Positions 40,325 to 51,058 of a stretch of 64,000 bases of DNA are shown in pieces. The stretch's first letter is position 1, and every line of letters begins with the position of its first letter. Both the position numbers and the translations under genes were made by a program. The notes beneath the pieces were generated by a model. The model was not told the DNA's origin and searched no databases. It worked only from the letters and a program-made list of their open reading frames with translations. Source of the DNA: Candidatus Latescibacterota bacterium (GTDB taxonomy: Bacteria; Latescibacterota; UBA2968; UBA8231); the NCBI GenBank assembly GCA_965197905.1, contig CBDAOB010000004.1, positions 1,280,001 to 1,344,000 of the forward strand. Direction: 5' to 3'.

Positions 40325-40990
40325 TTACACATTGTCGCCTCGAATGACAGCCAGGATGCGCGCTTTGTCCGGTGCCGATAAGCGATCCCATGCTTCCACG
40401 ACCTCGGCCAGATCTTCGGGTGGATTCTCGTACATACATGGTACATACTTTTGCCGCTCAGTTGTGTCTGGCTTGTGTTCGGGATTTGCACGGATTTGTT
40501 TTTTGGGACCTTGAGCCGGATTCGCTATCTTCTTTTTCTGTAATGGTTTTGCAGAGTTCTGCCCGGCTTCTATAGAAGAAGTGTTAGATCCCACAGTACC
40601 TTCGGAACGGGGTTCAATTCCCGCCGCCTCCACCAATTCAGAGGATACGCAATCCTTTCCACGCGAAGGGGTTGCGTATTCGTGTTCTGCCCCGACGGCG
40701 ATTCGGTGCACGCTGGGTGCACACTGAAGGTCATCTGTCGTCTGAATCTTAGACGCAACCCGCTCGACGGCATCAGCCAATCGGTCCTCGCGAGTGCGCC
40801 CGTAGACATTGAGGGTCATTTCCGGTGTCGCATGCCGCGCCAAGGTTTGGGCTTCTTTCACGCTGACGCCCGCCTCCAGGACGAAATTGATGTAGGCTAG
40901 CCGGCAAGCGTGGAAGTCAATCTTCCCTCCCGGTCCATGTTTGTCTATTCCTGCGGCTCGCAGATCCACATCTAGGTCCCCGGCGGCGTG
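40325..40990 (-). pseudogene. C-terminal remnant of a second, related tyrosine integrase reading through att
   Basis: PGGKIDFHACRLAYIN...EAQTLARHATPEMTLNVYGRTRE, closely similar to the first integrase; N-terminal part replaced by unrelated sequence. Confidence 0.8.
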
Positions 40991-41479
40991 GCCGTTTCTG
41001 TATTTTTCTGCTTTTCTTCGGCGATACCCGCAAATTGAATGCCGGCAATGGTCACTCGTCCACTTCTCATAGTAGCATTGCTCCTTAATTCCTGCGATAC
41101 TGAGGTCGCTTGTGCATTGCCGATAACTGGTTGTATCCGAAGTTCGACTTCCGCAAGAATAGCTTCTCGTCAAGTTTTTGCGAAGTTGGGTTCGCAGCGT
41201 TGCGGTATTCAATATACTGACTCCTTCAGCGCACCCGCGCGACCCCAGCCGCAGACTGAATTCGACTACGCCTGATCCTCCGTGGGCGCAGTCTGTCTAC
41301 GTATTTTGAGCGGCTGTATAGAAACGGCGTTCAGGCGCCAAAAATTTGATCCGCGCCAGCCCTTCGCGGCCGTTTCTCATGGCGAGCCGCCCATAAACTG
41401 CGAATGCCCCCCGAAAAACGCGGCATAAGAGCGCCACGGACCGTCGGCGCAACTATCGATAACGGTGTTTATTCTTCCT

Positions 41480-41680
41480 ATACTTTGACGAATTGGCGTG
41501 TAGCACACCGGCGCAAAGTATCTCAGCCAGAAATGAGTAGCCAAAGGACTCATCGGCTCAAAGTCCACAGCGCACCCGCTCATAACCATCTGAGCGCGCC
41601 CGCTCCAATGATTCGTTGAGCAGCGCTGTAGCGATTCCTCTGCGACGGCCGTTATCCGGATCCGCCGCATTGGCCCATTC
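41480..41680 (-). pseudogene. Frameshifted GNAT C-terminal fragment
   Basis: RRRGIATALLNESLERARSDGYER, then CAVDFEPMSPLATHFWLRYF in another frame. Confidence 0.5.
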
Positions 41681-41902
41681 GGGGCAGAACACGCTCCGTT
41701 TTGCCCCGAACGATGGAATCGGCCAACCCGTGAGGAACCCAACGAGCCTACCGCTGTGAATCGCGGCTCCTTCTGGCCCCGCTCCAACGACGCGCATCAG
41801 GGGCGCGGCAGTTTGTCGTAGCCCGCTGGATGCGATGGCTAGAAGCTGATGGTCTTGCCCCGTCTCCCTTCAGAGCCTGTCCCGCGCTGCACGGCGCGCA
41901 CC

Positions 41903-42958
41903 TCAATTCATCTGTCGCTCGAGCGACCTGACCGATACCGCTTCGCCAACACGTTCCGACTCATACGCGGCCATGATGATCGCCAGAGCATGAAGGGCGG
42001 CATCGAGGCCATACGTCGGTTGTCGCCCACCCACTACAGCGGCCGCGAACTCGTCTAACATTCCCGCGTATGTGTCGACAAAACTCAGGCGCCCCTCGGG
42101 TACGAAGTAAGGAGTCCATTCCTCTTTGTCGGCGTCGTGGTGCTCGATGACATTCTGGTCGCCGATTCGGAGACTTCCCGCGCTGCCGTGCACTTCGACG
42201 ACGGCCGGGCTGCCGCCGTGCACGGACCAGCCGATCTGCACAGAGGAGACGCCGCCGCCCTCATGACTCAGTATGGTCAGGGCGAGATCATCGACTTCCC
42301 CGGCCTCAGTTGCGATGGCGCGAGCAACCACACGCTCAACCGGTTGCCCCATGAACAGCTCACTCAGGTAAACACTGTGATAACCGGGATCGATCAGAGC
42401 GCCGCCGCCGCCGCGATTCAGTTTGACCCGCCAGTCCGGGTCGTACCCGGCTGCGCCCGGCCAGTGTCTGCCGCTGAAGAATGATTCGTAGCGAACCAGA
42501 TAGGGGTTGCCAATCAGTCCGGACTTGATGGCCTGGCGGATTGCTGCGTGGTGAGGGAAACAGGTGTAGTTGTGTTGAATGCCGAAAACCACGCCGCTGT
42601 CGCGCACCGCCGCGGCGATCCGCGCGCCGGCGGCAACTGATGTGCAGAGAGGTTTTTCGGCCAGGATATGGCGTCCGGCCCGAGCACAGGCAATCGTCAC
42701 CTCTTCATGCAGGAAATGCGGCAACGCCAGGTCGACGAAATCACAGTCGACAACGTCCAGCATGTTTCGGTAATCGATAAAGCGCTTCTCCTCGGGTACG
42801 CCGAGCGCCGCGCCGACGATCTCAAGGTTCTCAGCCACCGGATCGGACAAGGCAACAACCTTGATCCGATCCTGCGTCGCCCCGAAGCCCAGGACGTGTC
42901 CTACCTGAACCACCCGGCCACAACCGATAATCGCTGCCGTAAGCATGGGTCCCCTCAC
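41903..42958 (-). CDS. Gfo/Idh/MocA family oxidoreductase
   Basis: IIGCG, HILAEKP, GGGALIDPGYH. Confidence 0.9.
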   Translation of the reverse strand: MRGPMLTAAIIGCGRVVQVGHVLGFGATQDRIKVVALSDPVAENLEIVGAALGVPEEKRFIDYRNMLDVVDCDFVDLALPHFLHEEVTIACARAGRHILAEKPLCTSVAAGARIAAAVRDSGVVFGIQHNYTCFPHHAAIRQAIKSGLIGNPYLVRYESFFSGRHWPGAAGYDPDWRVKLNRGGGGALIDPGYHSVYLSELFMGQPVERVVARAIATEAGEVDDLALTILSHEGGGVSSVQIGWSVHGGSPAVVEVHGSAGSLRIGDQNVIEHHDADKEEWTPYFVPEGRLSFVDTYAGMLDEFAAAVVGGRQPTYGLDAALHALAIIMAAYESERVGEAVSVRSLERQMN

Positions 42959-43292
42959 TTCTCCAACTATTGATTGAGTTGCGCGGAATAGGGGTTATCG
43001 GACTCCGAAGCCGGGCATCGCCTTACTTGGCGAGCACAATCAGCCCGACAAAATCCTGTCGTTCAACAGCCGCTAACGTAAAAATGGGAGCGCTGACTCG
43101 ATGCCGGCGATCCTCTCATTTCCTATTCGCCGAAATTGCATTGAAATTACCGTGGGCTAAGTCAGAAGGGCTATCCGTAGCGAACTGCATACTCTCGCAA
43201 GCACAGCCCCGCCAACTAAGAATCAGTATCAACTCCTTCTTGCACAAAAGGAAACGGGCCGGAATGCACATCGTCAATGTGCAGCAGGTCAA

Positions 43293-43640
43293 ATGGGCAG
43301 CACGGATCACGCGAGCATTGACCAGTCCGCTCTGCTAGTGCTGGAGAGAGGGGTTGTTCAGCCACCGCGCTGCCCGAGGAAGGAAATCCGCCTGAATTTC
43401 CAGACTTTGCTCGAGGGATGGATTCGCGTGGAATTGATCGTGCGCCGCAAGATGTGGCCGCCGCAGCTGCAGGGGGGGATTGAGGGATATACTTTCGCCG
43501 ATTGCGATCTCATCCGCGGCCACAGTCTGTCTCACACGGTCACATGGCGCAGCAAGAGCGTTCTGCCGCAGCTGGAGGGGGACGAGGAGCTGGCTCTTCG
43601 CTTCCACCTGTCGCGGGCGAAGTTGTTCGCCATTCATCCT
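43293..43640 (+). pseudogene. C-terminal fragment of a propeller-hydrolase paralogue
   Basis: WIRVEL...IEGYTFADCD.I.G.SL...VTW...LRFHLSRAKLFA, like the C-termini of the three intact paralogues. Confidence 0.55.
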
Positions 43641-43783
43641 GACGCTTCAGCAAGAAGCCGATTGGCGACTTCTGCGCCCTGGTCTGCACGAACGAGCCGG
43701 TGGACGCACCCATTGACGAGTTTGAGGCGGATGCGATTTTGTCCGAAACCGGCAGAGATCGTGTGACAAAGAGGGAGGTCAGC

Positions 43784-45268
43784 GTGAAACAGCTTTTCAT
43801 CGACGACCAAGACCTGGAAGAAGTCGACAACCTGGCACGCAAGCTGCACCGGCCGCAGAAGTTCAAAAAGAATGTGGTGCTGCGAGCCGAAAATCGCTGG
43901 GAGAACAGCGGCGTCATGCTGTGGACGACACCGGCCTGGGTACCGGACGAGGGCGTATTCAAGGTACTCTACTACGCCATGGAGGCATCTTGGGATCGGG
44001 AAGTCAGGCTCGATGTGACGGGCGCGCCGATGGGCGGCCGGACCTTTATCTGCCTGGCCACTTCGGAAGACGGGGTGAACTGGGAGAAGCCGGTGCTGGG
44101 CCTGTGCGACTACAACGAGCTGGTCGGTCGCCGGGAGCCGCAAGTGGGTAAGGAGAACAACATCGTGCCCACGGGCGTGCCGCTGGGACCGATATACGAC
44201 CCGCACGATCCCGATCCGCAGCGCCGCTACAAAGGTATGGGGCTGGGGCCGCCGGCGGTCTCGGCGGACTGTCTGCACTGGGAGTTTCTCGACATACCGC
44301 CGATTCCAAGCTCAGACGAGGCGCACCTGACCTACGATGAGGAGAAGAGGCTCTTCATCGCCACGGTCAAGCATGCCGGGCCTGACGGCAGGTCGCCCTA
44401 TGGTCGGGCCTTTTGCTTGAGCACCAGCGAAGACTTTGAGAGCTGGAGCGATATCGAACTCGTCTTCCACGCCGACCAGATCGACCAGGAAAACGGGGAA
44501 GAGCGGATGAGCAGATTCATCGAGGATCCCGATTATCTCACCCCGGTCTACAACCGGCCGGAGGAGTGGTGTACGGATGTCTACAACTTTCCCGTATTCC
44601 CCTACGAAGGACTCTATCTGGGGATGCCGGTGATGCACCACTGGTCGGGGAAGCACCCACCGATGTACGAAAACGTCGACAGCCGCAAGTCGGTGGAGCT
44701 GGCCTCGAGCCGGGATCTGCGGCAGTGGGACCGGGTGTGTGACCGGGCGCCGTTTATGGAACTGTCCCCGGTGGGGGACCGCAGCGCCTACGATACCGGG
44801 CAGATCGTGATCGCGAATGGGCCTGTCAGGCGCAACAACGAGCTGTGGTTCTACTATCTGGGGGCACGCTCCCGCTCCAAGTCCTTTGCCGACCTGATGG
44901 CCCGTAAGAATCTCGACACCCACGCCGTGGCGCTGGCCAAGCTGCGGGTCGACGGCTTCGTGTCGCTCAAGGGAGGGATTGAATGGGGATCGGTGTTGAC
45001 CAAGCCGATCCAAGTGGAGGGCGGCGAGCTGCACGTCAATGTGGACTCGTGGCGCGGCCGGGTAACCGCAGAGGTGTTGGACGCTGAGGACGGACGGCCG
45101 ATCACAGGATATACAAAGGACGAGAGCATCCCGGCGGTGATAGACAGCATCGATGAGATGCAGAGCTGGAAGGACAGGGCGGATCTCTCCGAGCTGCGCG
45201 GACGGACAGTGCGCCTGCGCTTTTCGCTACTCAGGGCGGAACTTTACTCTTTCTGGTTCGCCGGCTGA
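43784..45268 (+). CDS. Five-bladed beta-propeller glycoside hydrolase-like protein
   Basis: KQLFIDD, ATSEDGVNWEKP, LRVDGFVS, LRFSLLRAELYSFW; GTG start after GGGAGG. Confidence 0.78.
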   Translation: MKQLFIDDQDLEEVDNLARKLHRPQKFKKNVVLRAENRWENSGVMLWTTPAWVPDEGVFKVLYYAMEASWDREVRLDVTGAPMGGRTFICLATSEDGVNWEKPVLGLCDYNELVGRREPQVGKENNIVPTGVPLGPIYDPHDPDPQRRYKGMGLGPPAVSADCLHWEFLDIPPIPSSDEAHLTYDEEKRLFIATVKHAGPDGRSPYGRAFCLSTSEDFESWSDIELVFHADQIDQENGEERMSRFIEDPDYLTPVYNRPEEWCTDVYNFPVFPYEGLYLGMPVMHHWSGKHPPMYENVDSRKSVELASSRDLRQWDRVCDRAPFMELSPVGDRSAYDTGQIVIANGPVRRNNELWFYYLGARSRSKSFADLMARKNLDTHAVALAKLRVDGFVSLKGGIEWGSVLTKPIQVEGGELHVNVDSWRGRVTAEVLDAEDGRPITGYTKDESIPAVIDSIDEMQSWKDRADLSELRGRTVRLRFSLLRAELYSFWFAG

Positions 45269-45437
45269 GCAGCTATCATGTTTGTGCCGTCATTTGTAGG
45301 AGGTTTCGTTCAACTTATGTATGGTCAAGCTACAAATAGGAAAGTGTTGATTGGGATGACACTGTCTTTTCTGTTTGTCACCAGACACTGGATCAAAAGG
45401 ATTTCCGCGAGGAGCATCGTGGCAGGAGTAAGTTACA

Positions 45438-46145
45438 ATGACTGATTCAATAATCGAGCAAGCCAAATCGAGCCTCGCTGAGCAGGGCTATTGCGTCATC
45501 GAGAATCTCCTCGACTCGGCCGAAGCCGAGCGTATCGATGACCTCGGGCGGTCTCTTATATCCCATCAAACTGGGTATGTCAAACTGGAGGGAGCGCTGA
45601 GTCAAATACCGGATCTGGCACCCCTGTGTGTCCATCCAACCGTTCTGGCGATGGTCGAACATTTTCTCGGTGATCCATTCTATCTGGCCAACAATGTCTG
45701 TTTGATGTGGTGCCAACCTGGTGCTCCTGGCGGCGGTCTTCACTTCGACTGGCCGCTCGACCAGGTCCCGGAGCCGTGGCCCAAGTGGCCGTTACTACTT
45801 CAAACTATGTGGATGTTGACGGATTTCACCGCCGACAACGGCGCGACTCATATTGTGCCCGGTAGTCATCGGGCAAGTGGTCCGACGAGGTCAGCCGAGT
45901 GGGACGCCGTCGAAAGGCCGATAACGGGCAAGCGGGGCTCCGTTCTTATGTGGCAAGGGGCCGCGTTGCATCGCAACGGACCAAACACGGCACAATCGCT
46001 GCACCGCATGGGGGCCAATGCGGCTTATATACCCTCGTTTGTGCATCGGCCACCTGCGGGATGGCCATTAGTCCAGCGGAAACAATTCGACCGCTTTCCT
46101 GCGCGCCTCCAAAAACTTTTGGAACGCTCTGTCGAGAGCAAATAG
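45438..46145 (+). CDS. Phytanoyl-CoA dioxygenase (PhyH) family protein
   Basis: LHFD, LTDFTADNGATHIVPGSH, LHRNGPN. Confidence 0.88.
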   Translation: MTDSIIEQAKSSLAEQGYCVIENLLDSAEAERIDDLGRSLISHQTGYVKLEGALSQIPDLAPLCVHPTVLAMVEHFLGDPFYLANNVCLMWCQPGAPGGGLHFDWPLDQVPEPWPKWPLLLQTMWMLTDFTADNGATHIVPGSHRASGPTRSAEWDAVERPITGKRGSVLMWQGAALHRNGPNTAQSLHRMGANAAYIPSFVHRPPAGWPLVQRKQFDRFPARLQKLLERSVESK

Positions 46146-46257
46146 GCCCGCTTGCTCCGGAACACCGATCGAATTGACTGTTCAAGCAAGACGGTGGGTT
46201 GACCTCGTACCGAAACGCTCCAAGACCCAGCGTTTCCCTGCGAATGAGAGGATAACC

Positions 46258-48462
46258 ATGAAACGGAAGCTAAGACTGTGCGCCCTGACCCAGTGCATCC
46301 TTGTGGTGGCGGCGGCCGGGGCCGCCCAAGGCCTTGAGGTGAGCGGGGTTGTGCAGAGGGAGGTGGCGGTGGTCGGGCCGATTACCCGCAAGGTCGGCAT
46401 CGAAGGTGCGGTGATCCGCTTCATCAGCGAGACCAATCCGCACGAGATCTACGAGGACGGCACCGATCTGGAAGGACGCTTTCGAATCGATCTGGACGGG
46501 CCGGACACTGCCGTGGAAACGGCGGGCAATTCCAAGCCGATCTCCTTCGAACTGCATCAGAACTACCCCAATCCATTCAATCCCGGAACCGTTATCTCCT
46601 ACCAGCTTCCGCGCTCTGCGGGCGTGCAGCTGGTCATCTACAACAGCATCGGGCAACGGGTGCGGACCCTGGTGGAAGGCTATCGGGAACTGGGTGCCCA
46701 CTCCACTCTGTGGGACGGGCGCGACGATGACGGCCGGGCTTTGGCGTCCGGTGTTTATGTCTACCGCCTGACCGCCGGTGCCTTCTCCCAGGCGAGGAAG
46801 ATGGTGTTGCTCGACGGTCCCAACTCCGTTCTGCCGGGTGGGGTTTCCGCGCCGGTGGGTGCGCGCTCCGGGGCCTCTGTCGGCACAGAAGAGCTAATTC
46901 CCTTGGCGGACCTGGACCTGGCGGGGGGAATGCCGCCGGCGCTGTGGCCGTCGGGGAAGTTGGCCCAGGCTCGTAGCTTCCGAGTGACCATCGACGCCTA
47001 CAAGATGGTGCCGTTCGAGCAGATGGGGCTTGCAGTTTTCCAGGACACCTCCTTGAACTTTCTGCTGGAAGAGGACACCCGCGAGGGAGTGGTGTTCCTG
47101 AAGGAGGAGCAGCGCCAGCTTTTTCTGGACGACTTCAATATCGAGGAGATGTCAAACCTGACCCGCACCATGCACCGGCCACAGAAGAAGGGGGCGGTCA
47201 TCCGGCCTAACTGGCCGGAGGGGGAGACGAACATCCAGACCCGCAGCGCTGCATTTTGGGACCCCCTGGATGAGGTCTACAAGCTCTGGCTGATCGACGG
47301 CTCCTATCGCATCAGTGTGGACGGGCTGCACTGGACCCACGGTCCCGGAGGGGTCACCCCGGGTTACAGCGTCCTGTACGATCCCCTGGACCCCGATCCG
47401 CAACGGCGCTACAAGTCGTTCCACCCCCGACGAATGGCGGTATCGCCGGACGGCCGCAATTGGTCCACGCTCAAACGGCCCCCCATCCAGAGCTCGGACG
47501 AGTGGAACTTCTCCATCGACCTGGAGAACAGGCGCTACATCGGCACGGTGAAGCAGGGCGGACCATACGGGCGCTCGATCTACCTGACCACCAGTAGCAG
47601 CTTCGACAACTGGTCTTCACCGCGCCTGATCTTCCATGCCGACGAGCAGGACCAGGAGTTGGGGAGACAGCATATCGAGGCGCGCTTCGCCGATGAAACC
47701 AAACACCATCCGCCGTGGGACCCCGACCCCTCCTACTTCAATGTGGATGCCTACAACATGGGCGTATTCCGCTACGAATCGGTCTACATCGGGATGCCCG
47801 CCATGTTCCACTCTGTCGCTCCGGTTCCCAACTATCCCAACACCGACGGCTTCCACCTGATACAACTGGCCGTCAGCCACGATCTCACCACCTGGACACG
47901 GCTGGGCAACCGCCAGGCGTTCCTCGCTCCCTCGCGGACCGAATCAGGCGCCTACGATATGACCCAGCTCATCGGACCGTCAAACGCCGTGGTGCGCGGC
48001 GACGAGCTTTGGTTCTACTACTGGGGTGGCAAGTACCGGGCCGCCGGCTTGATCTACGTCGGCACCTATCCCAACGGGGAATGGATCCAGCGTCCCGGCG
48101 CCGACTTCGACGCAGGTGCCATCAACCTGGCGGTCTTGCGCCGGGACGGGTTCTTTTCGCTCGACGCCGGCACCAGCGAAGGCGTTCTCCTCACCAAGCC
48201 GCTGATCTGGCGCGGTTCCACCCTTTGGGTCAACGTCAATACGCAGGAGGGCGAGGTGCGTGTGGAGGTGCTGGATGCAAACGGGGACCTGCTGCGGGAG
48301 GGGCTGTCGCGCACGCGATCGATGCCGGTGGTTCGCAACAGCGTGCGGCTGGCCGTGGTCTGGCAGGACGAAAGCGATCTCTCGGACTTGCACCAAGAAA
48401 CGGTGCGGTTGCGCTTCTTCGTGCGCGACGCGGAGCTTTATTCCTTCTGGACGGAGCCCTGA
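46258..48462 (+). CDS. Secreted protein with an internal FlgD-Ig/T9SS-like domain followed by a five-bladed propeller hydrolase domain
   Basis: Signal peptide; LHQNYPNPFNP...WDGRDDDGRALASGVYVYRL...KMVLLD in the N-terminal third; QLFLDD...LRRDGFFS...AELYSFW. Confidence 0.8.
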   Translation: MKRKLRLCALTQCILVVAAAGAAQGLEVSGVVQREVAVVGPITRKVGIEGAVIRFISETNPHEIYEDGTDLEGRFRIDLDGPDTAVETAGNSKPISFELHQNYPNPFNPGTVISYQLPRSAGVQLVIYNSIGQRVRTLVEGYRELGAHSTLWDGRDDDGRALASGVYVYRLTAGAFSQARKMVLLDGPNSVLPGGVSAPVGARSGASVGTEELIPLADLDLAGGMPPALWPSGKLAQARSFRVTIDAYKMVPFEQMGLAVFQDTSLNFLLEEDTREGVVFLKEEQRQLFLDDFNIEEMSNLTRTMHRPQKKGAVIRPNWPEGETNIQTRSAAFWDPLDEVYKLWLIDGSYRISVDGLHWTHGPGGVTPGYSVLYDPLDPDPQRRYKSFHPRRMAVSPDGRNWSTLKRPPIQSSDEWNFSIDLENRRYIGTVKQGGPYGRSIYLTTSSSFDNWSSPRLIFHADEQDQELGRQHIEARFADETKHHPPWDPDPSYFNVDAYNMGVFRYESVYIGMPAMFHSVAPVPNYPNTDGFHLIQLAVSHDLTTWTRLGNRQAFLAPSRTESGAYDMTQLIGPSNAVVRGDELWFYYWGGKYRAAGLIYVGTYPNGEWIQRPGADFDAGAINLAVLRRDGFFSLDAGTSEGVLLTKPLIWRGSTLWVNVNTQEGEVRVEVLDANGDLLREGLSRTRSMPVVRNSVRLAVVWQDESDLSDLHQETVRLRFFVRDAELYSFWTEP

Positions 48463-48630
48463 GCGCTTTCTACCCTCCAGCAAATTGGGATTTGACTCCC
48501 AAAGATACCCCCAACTACCCCGAGAGAAACCTTTGGAATTTTCCTCGGTACACGGCGATTATGGGGTGGACGCCGCCTCCACCAAATGAGTAGACGTTAC
48601 CGGACGTAACGGAGTGTATACGGAGACAGA

Positions 48631-48670
48631 AAAGGCCTTGCGGGCGAATATAGCTTGCAGGGCCTTTCTT
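48631..48670 (+). terminator. Hairpin after the third att copy
   Basis: AAAGGCCTTGCGGGC-7nt-GCTTGCAGGGCCTTT. Confidence 0.55.
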
Positions 48671-49429
48671 GCGTCGTCCTCAGGGCAACGGGGGCGCGGA
48701 GACCGGACAAACTCTTTGGCGGACCCGGCCTGAGGGCCGACGGGCAGGCGCAGCAGCCGAGCAGGGTGAGACGAGAGTGCTGGCTCCGTCGGCTCTTGGG
48801 GCCTGGGCAGCGCCTTGAGAAGCCCACAATGCCGAATGTTCTGGGGACCGATCGACTGGGCGGACGTCGAACCGACGCTGCGGGAGCTGTCTACGGTCGC
48901 GGAGTTCGAGGCGGCGGGCACGACATTCGACCAGACGGTCCTGATTTCATCCAGCTCCGCATTTTTGAAAGTGGCGGGGCGCTGTTCCCTCGTAACCCAG
49001 AACGCCCAATGCAGCCTGCGAAGGGCGTTGGAGTCGGTGCAACGACGATTGGATCGTTTTCAGGTATCGCCATCAGCCTCCGAACATCCACACGCAACGT
49101 CCCATAGTCTTTGCGGAAATAGGCGCCCCACTTCAACTCCGTCAGGTATCCGAGCCCAAGACCACCTCACAAAAGACAGATACCGATAACTGGACCAAAA
49201 GACAACAGACCGCTGATAGCGACCGACGCCTGCGGCCTGCGACGACTACGCTCTGTCGGCTCGGAAAACCGACAGAATTTCTCAGATCGTGGCTGCAATC
49301 CCGGGTTCCACGTTGCTCCAGTTGGGGATTCCCGTATTTTTGTCAGATATCACTACAACCGATTCGAGCCCAACCAATTCGAAACAACGTTACGCCATTG
49401 CAAGCGCTAGCGCCAAGAATAGGACGAAG

Positions 49430-49750
49430 AAACCCAGTGAAATCATTCACCAACAGACCGCTTTTGTATCGGTTGGTTCCAAGGGGCTCGGATACGCCTG
49501 CGCCCTGTGCCTGTCGGAAGGTGGCGCCAACGTTTTCCTGGCCGCACCTCCAATGAGGACAGGCTCGAGATCGCGTCCTCGGAAATCAACCGTAAAACCG
49601 GCGTCGCGACCGGGTACTACGCCGCGGATCCGCGCGGGTTGGAAAACTGCATTGCGGCTTCGGAGGCCTTAATCAGGAATCTTGGTAGCTGCCATATCCT
49701 GATCAATTCGGCGGGCGCCACCAAAGGCGGCATTTTCCGGGAGATTGGAC
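49430..49750 (+). pseudogene. Frameshifted SDR N-terminal fragment
   Basis: AFVSVGSKGLGYACA, then HILINSAG in another frame. Confidence 0.6.
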
Positions 49751-49983
49751 CAACCCGACGACGTCGCCGAGCTAGTGGCCTTCCGGTGCAGTCCACAAGC
49801 GCGTCACATACACGGAACGTGAATCGCCCTAGACGAAGGGGGGAGCAAGGGTTACTATTGATGCTCGACGTTACCAGCGCGACCGTTGATGCACAGTCTA
49901 TGAAACAAAGCTCGGAATTCGCTGGCCTTGTGCATGAGCACCGGTGGCTCCGGTGAAATCGCTCATCGGTATGACACTGGAAG

Positions 49984-50713
49984 TTGGAGGGGTCCGTGCC
50001 TAGCAGGCTTTCCGATGCTGAAGTCGATTGGAGCCAGATTCACTCTCGGGAACAAAGCTGGAGAGGGAGGCTGCTTGGCGATTTCGCATCCCGTTTTGCC
50101 GTGCCCCGTTGCACCGAACTGTTTCTCGACGCTTTCGGAGAAGACCGGCACCTGGATTTTCTCGAAGTGGGCGCGGGAAACGGGGAAGTACCCGTGCACA
50201 TCATGCAGTCGAGCCCGGAATGCATCCGCAGTTACTCTTCATCCGAACTGTTCCTCGAAGGCGCGCGCTGGTTGCGCTCGCAGGGACTTACCAGCTGCGT
50301 TGCCGACGCACAGCATCTGCCGTTTTCGGACAACGCATTCGATGCGGTCGTTTCTCCATCACGTGTCGGACCCGCAGCGGATGGCGGACGAAATGGTTCG
50401 CGTTTCGCGCGGTCGACTGCTGTTGACCGAGTCGAACGGCTTGAGTGTCGGCCGCAAGCTGATGGAACTTACTCCCGGCCATCGTCGGGCGGGGGAGCGC
50501 TCGTACGCTCCGTGGGATTACCGGCGATTCTTCGAACATTCCGACTGCCGCCTCGTTCACACCTCTGTGAAGCCATTCTTGTTTCCCCTGCCGGGGGGCG
50601 TCCCTCGATCTCTTCTACGCCCGTTCATCGCCTTCAATAGAGTTGTGGAGCGGGTCCCTTTTCTGCGATGGCAGTGCTCCAACGTCTGCATATCGATCAC
50701 CTTCGAGAAGTGA
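49984..50713 (+). pseudogene. Class I SAM methyltransferase with a frameshift near 50350
   Basis: FLEVGAGNG, DAQHLPFSDNAFD, then LHHVSDPQRMADEMVRV in another frame. Confidence 0.7.
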
Positions 50714-50759
50714 CCTGCGTGTTGCGCCGGCCATGGCGTGAATCGATTTCGCGGCCCCT

Positions 50760-51055
50760 CTAATTCGAAAACTCCGCCATTGCGTGAAACGAGCCATTCA
50801 GTTGCGGGTAGAGCGAACGGTACAAGTCGAATGCGCTATCATATGTCGCATGGGTCTGTCGATTCGGTTCTGTTGAGCCCGTAGCGACGATCGTTGCTGT
50901 CGCAGCTTCAGCCTTGAAGACTCCCGCTCCGATCCCCGCCAACATTGCAGCTCCGAAAGCGGTTCCCTGGGTTGCGTTGGTGGTCACGATCTCGGCATCG
51001 AAGATGTCGGCGAGCATATGTCGCCACAGCTCGCTCTCGGATGCGCCACCTGACG
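50760..51055 (-). pseudogene. C-terminal fragment of an FGGY carbohydrate kinase (xylulokinase-like)
   Basis: SGGASESELWRHMLADIF...GTAFGAAMLAGIGAG...YRSLYPQL. Confidence 0.7.
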
Positions 51056-51058
51056 TAG

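Larger units (their letters stand above)
40610..48585. mobile_element. Second island segment bounded by ssrA 3'-end repeats
   Basis: att copy at 40610-40638 and a 15-bp copy CGCCGCCTCCACCAA at 48571-48585. Confidence 0.6.

Noticed and set aside
40601..40638. A tRNA gene
   Set aside because: Only a T-arm/acceptor 3' half identical to the ssrA end; it is the att duplication.
40325..41212. A complete 295-aa integrase
   Set aside because: The first ~75 codons are unrelated sequence; the first catalytic Arg and core-binding domain are missing.
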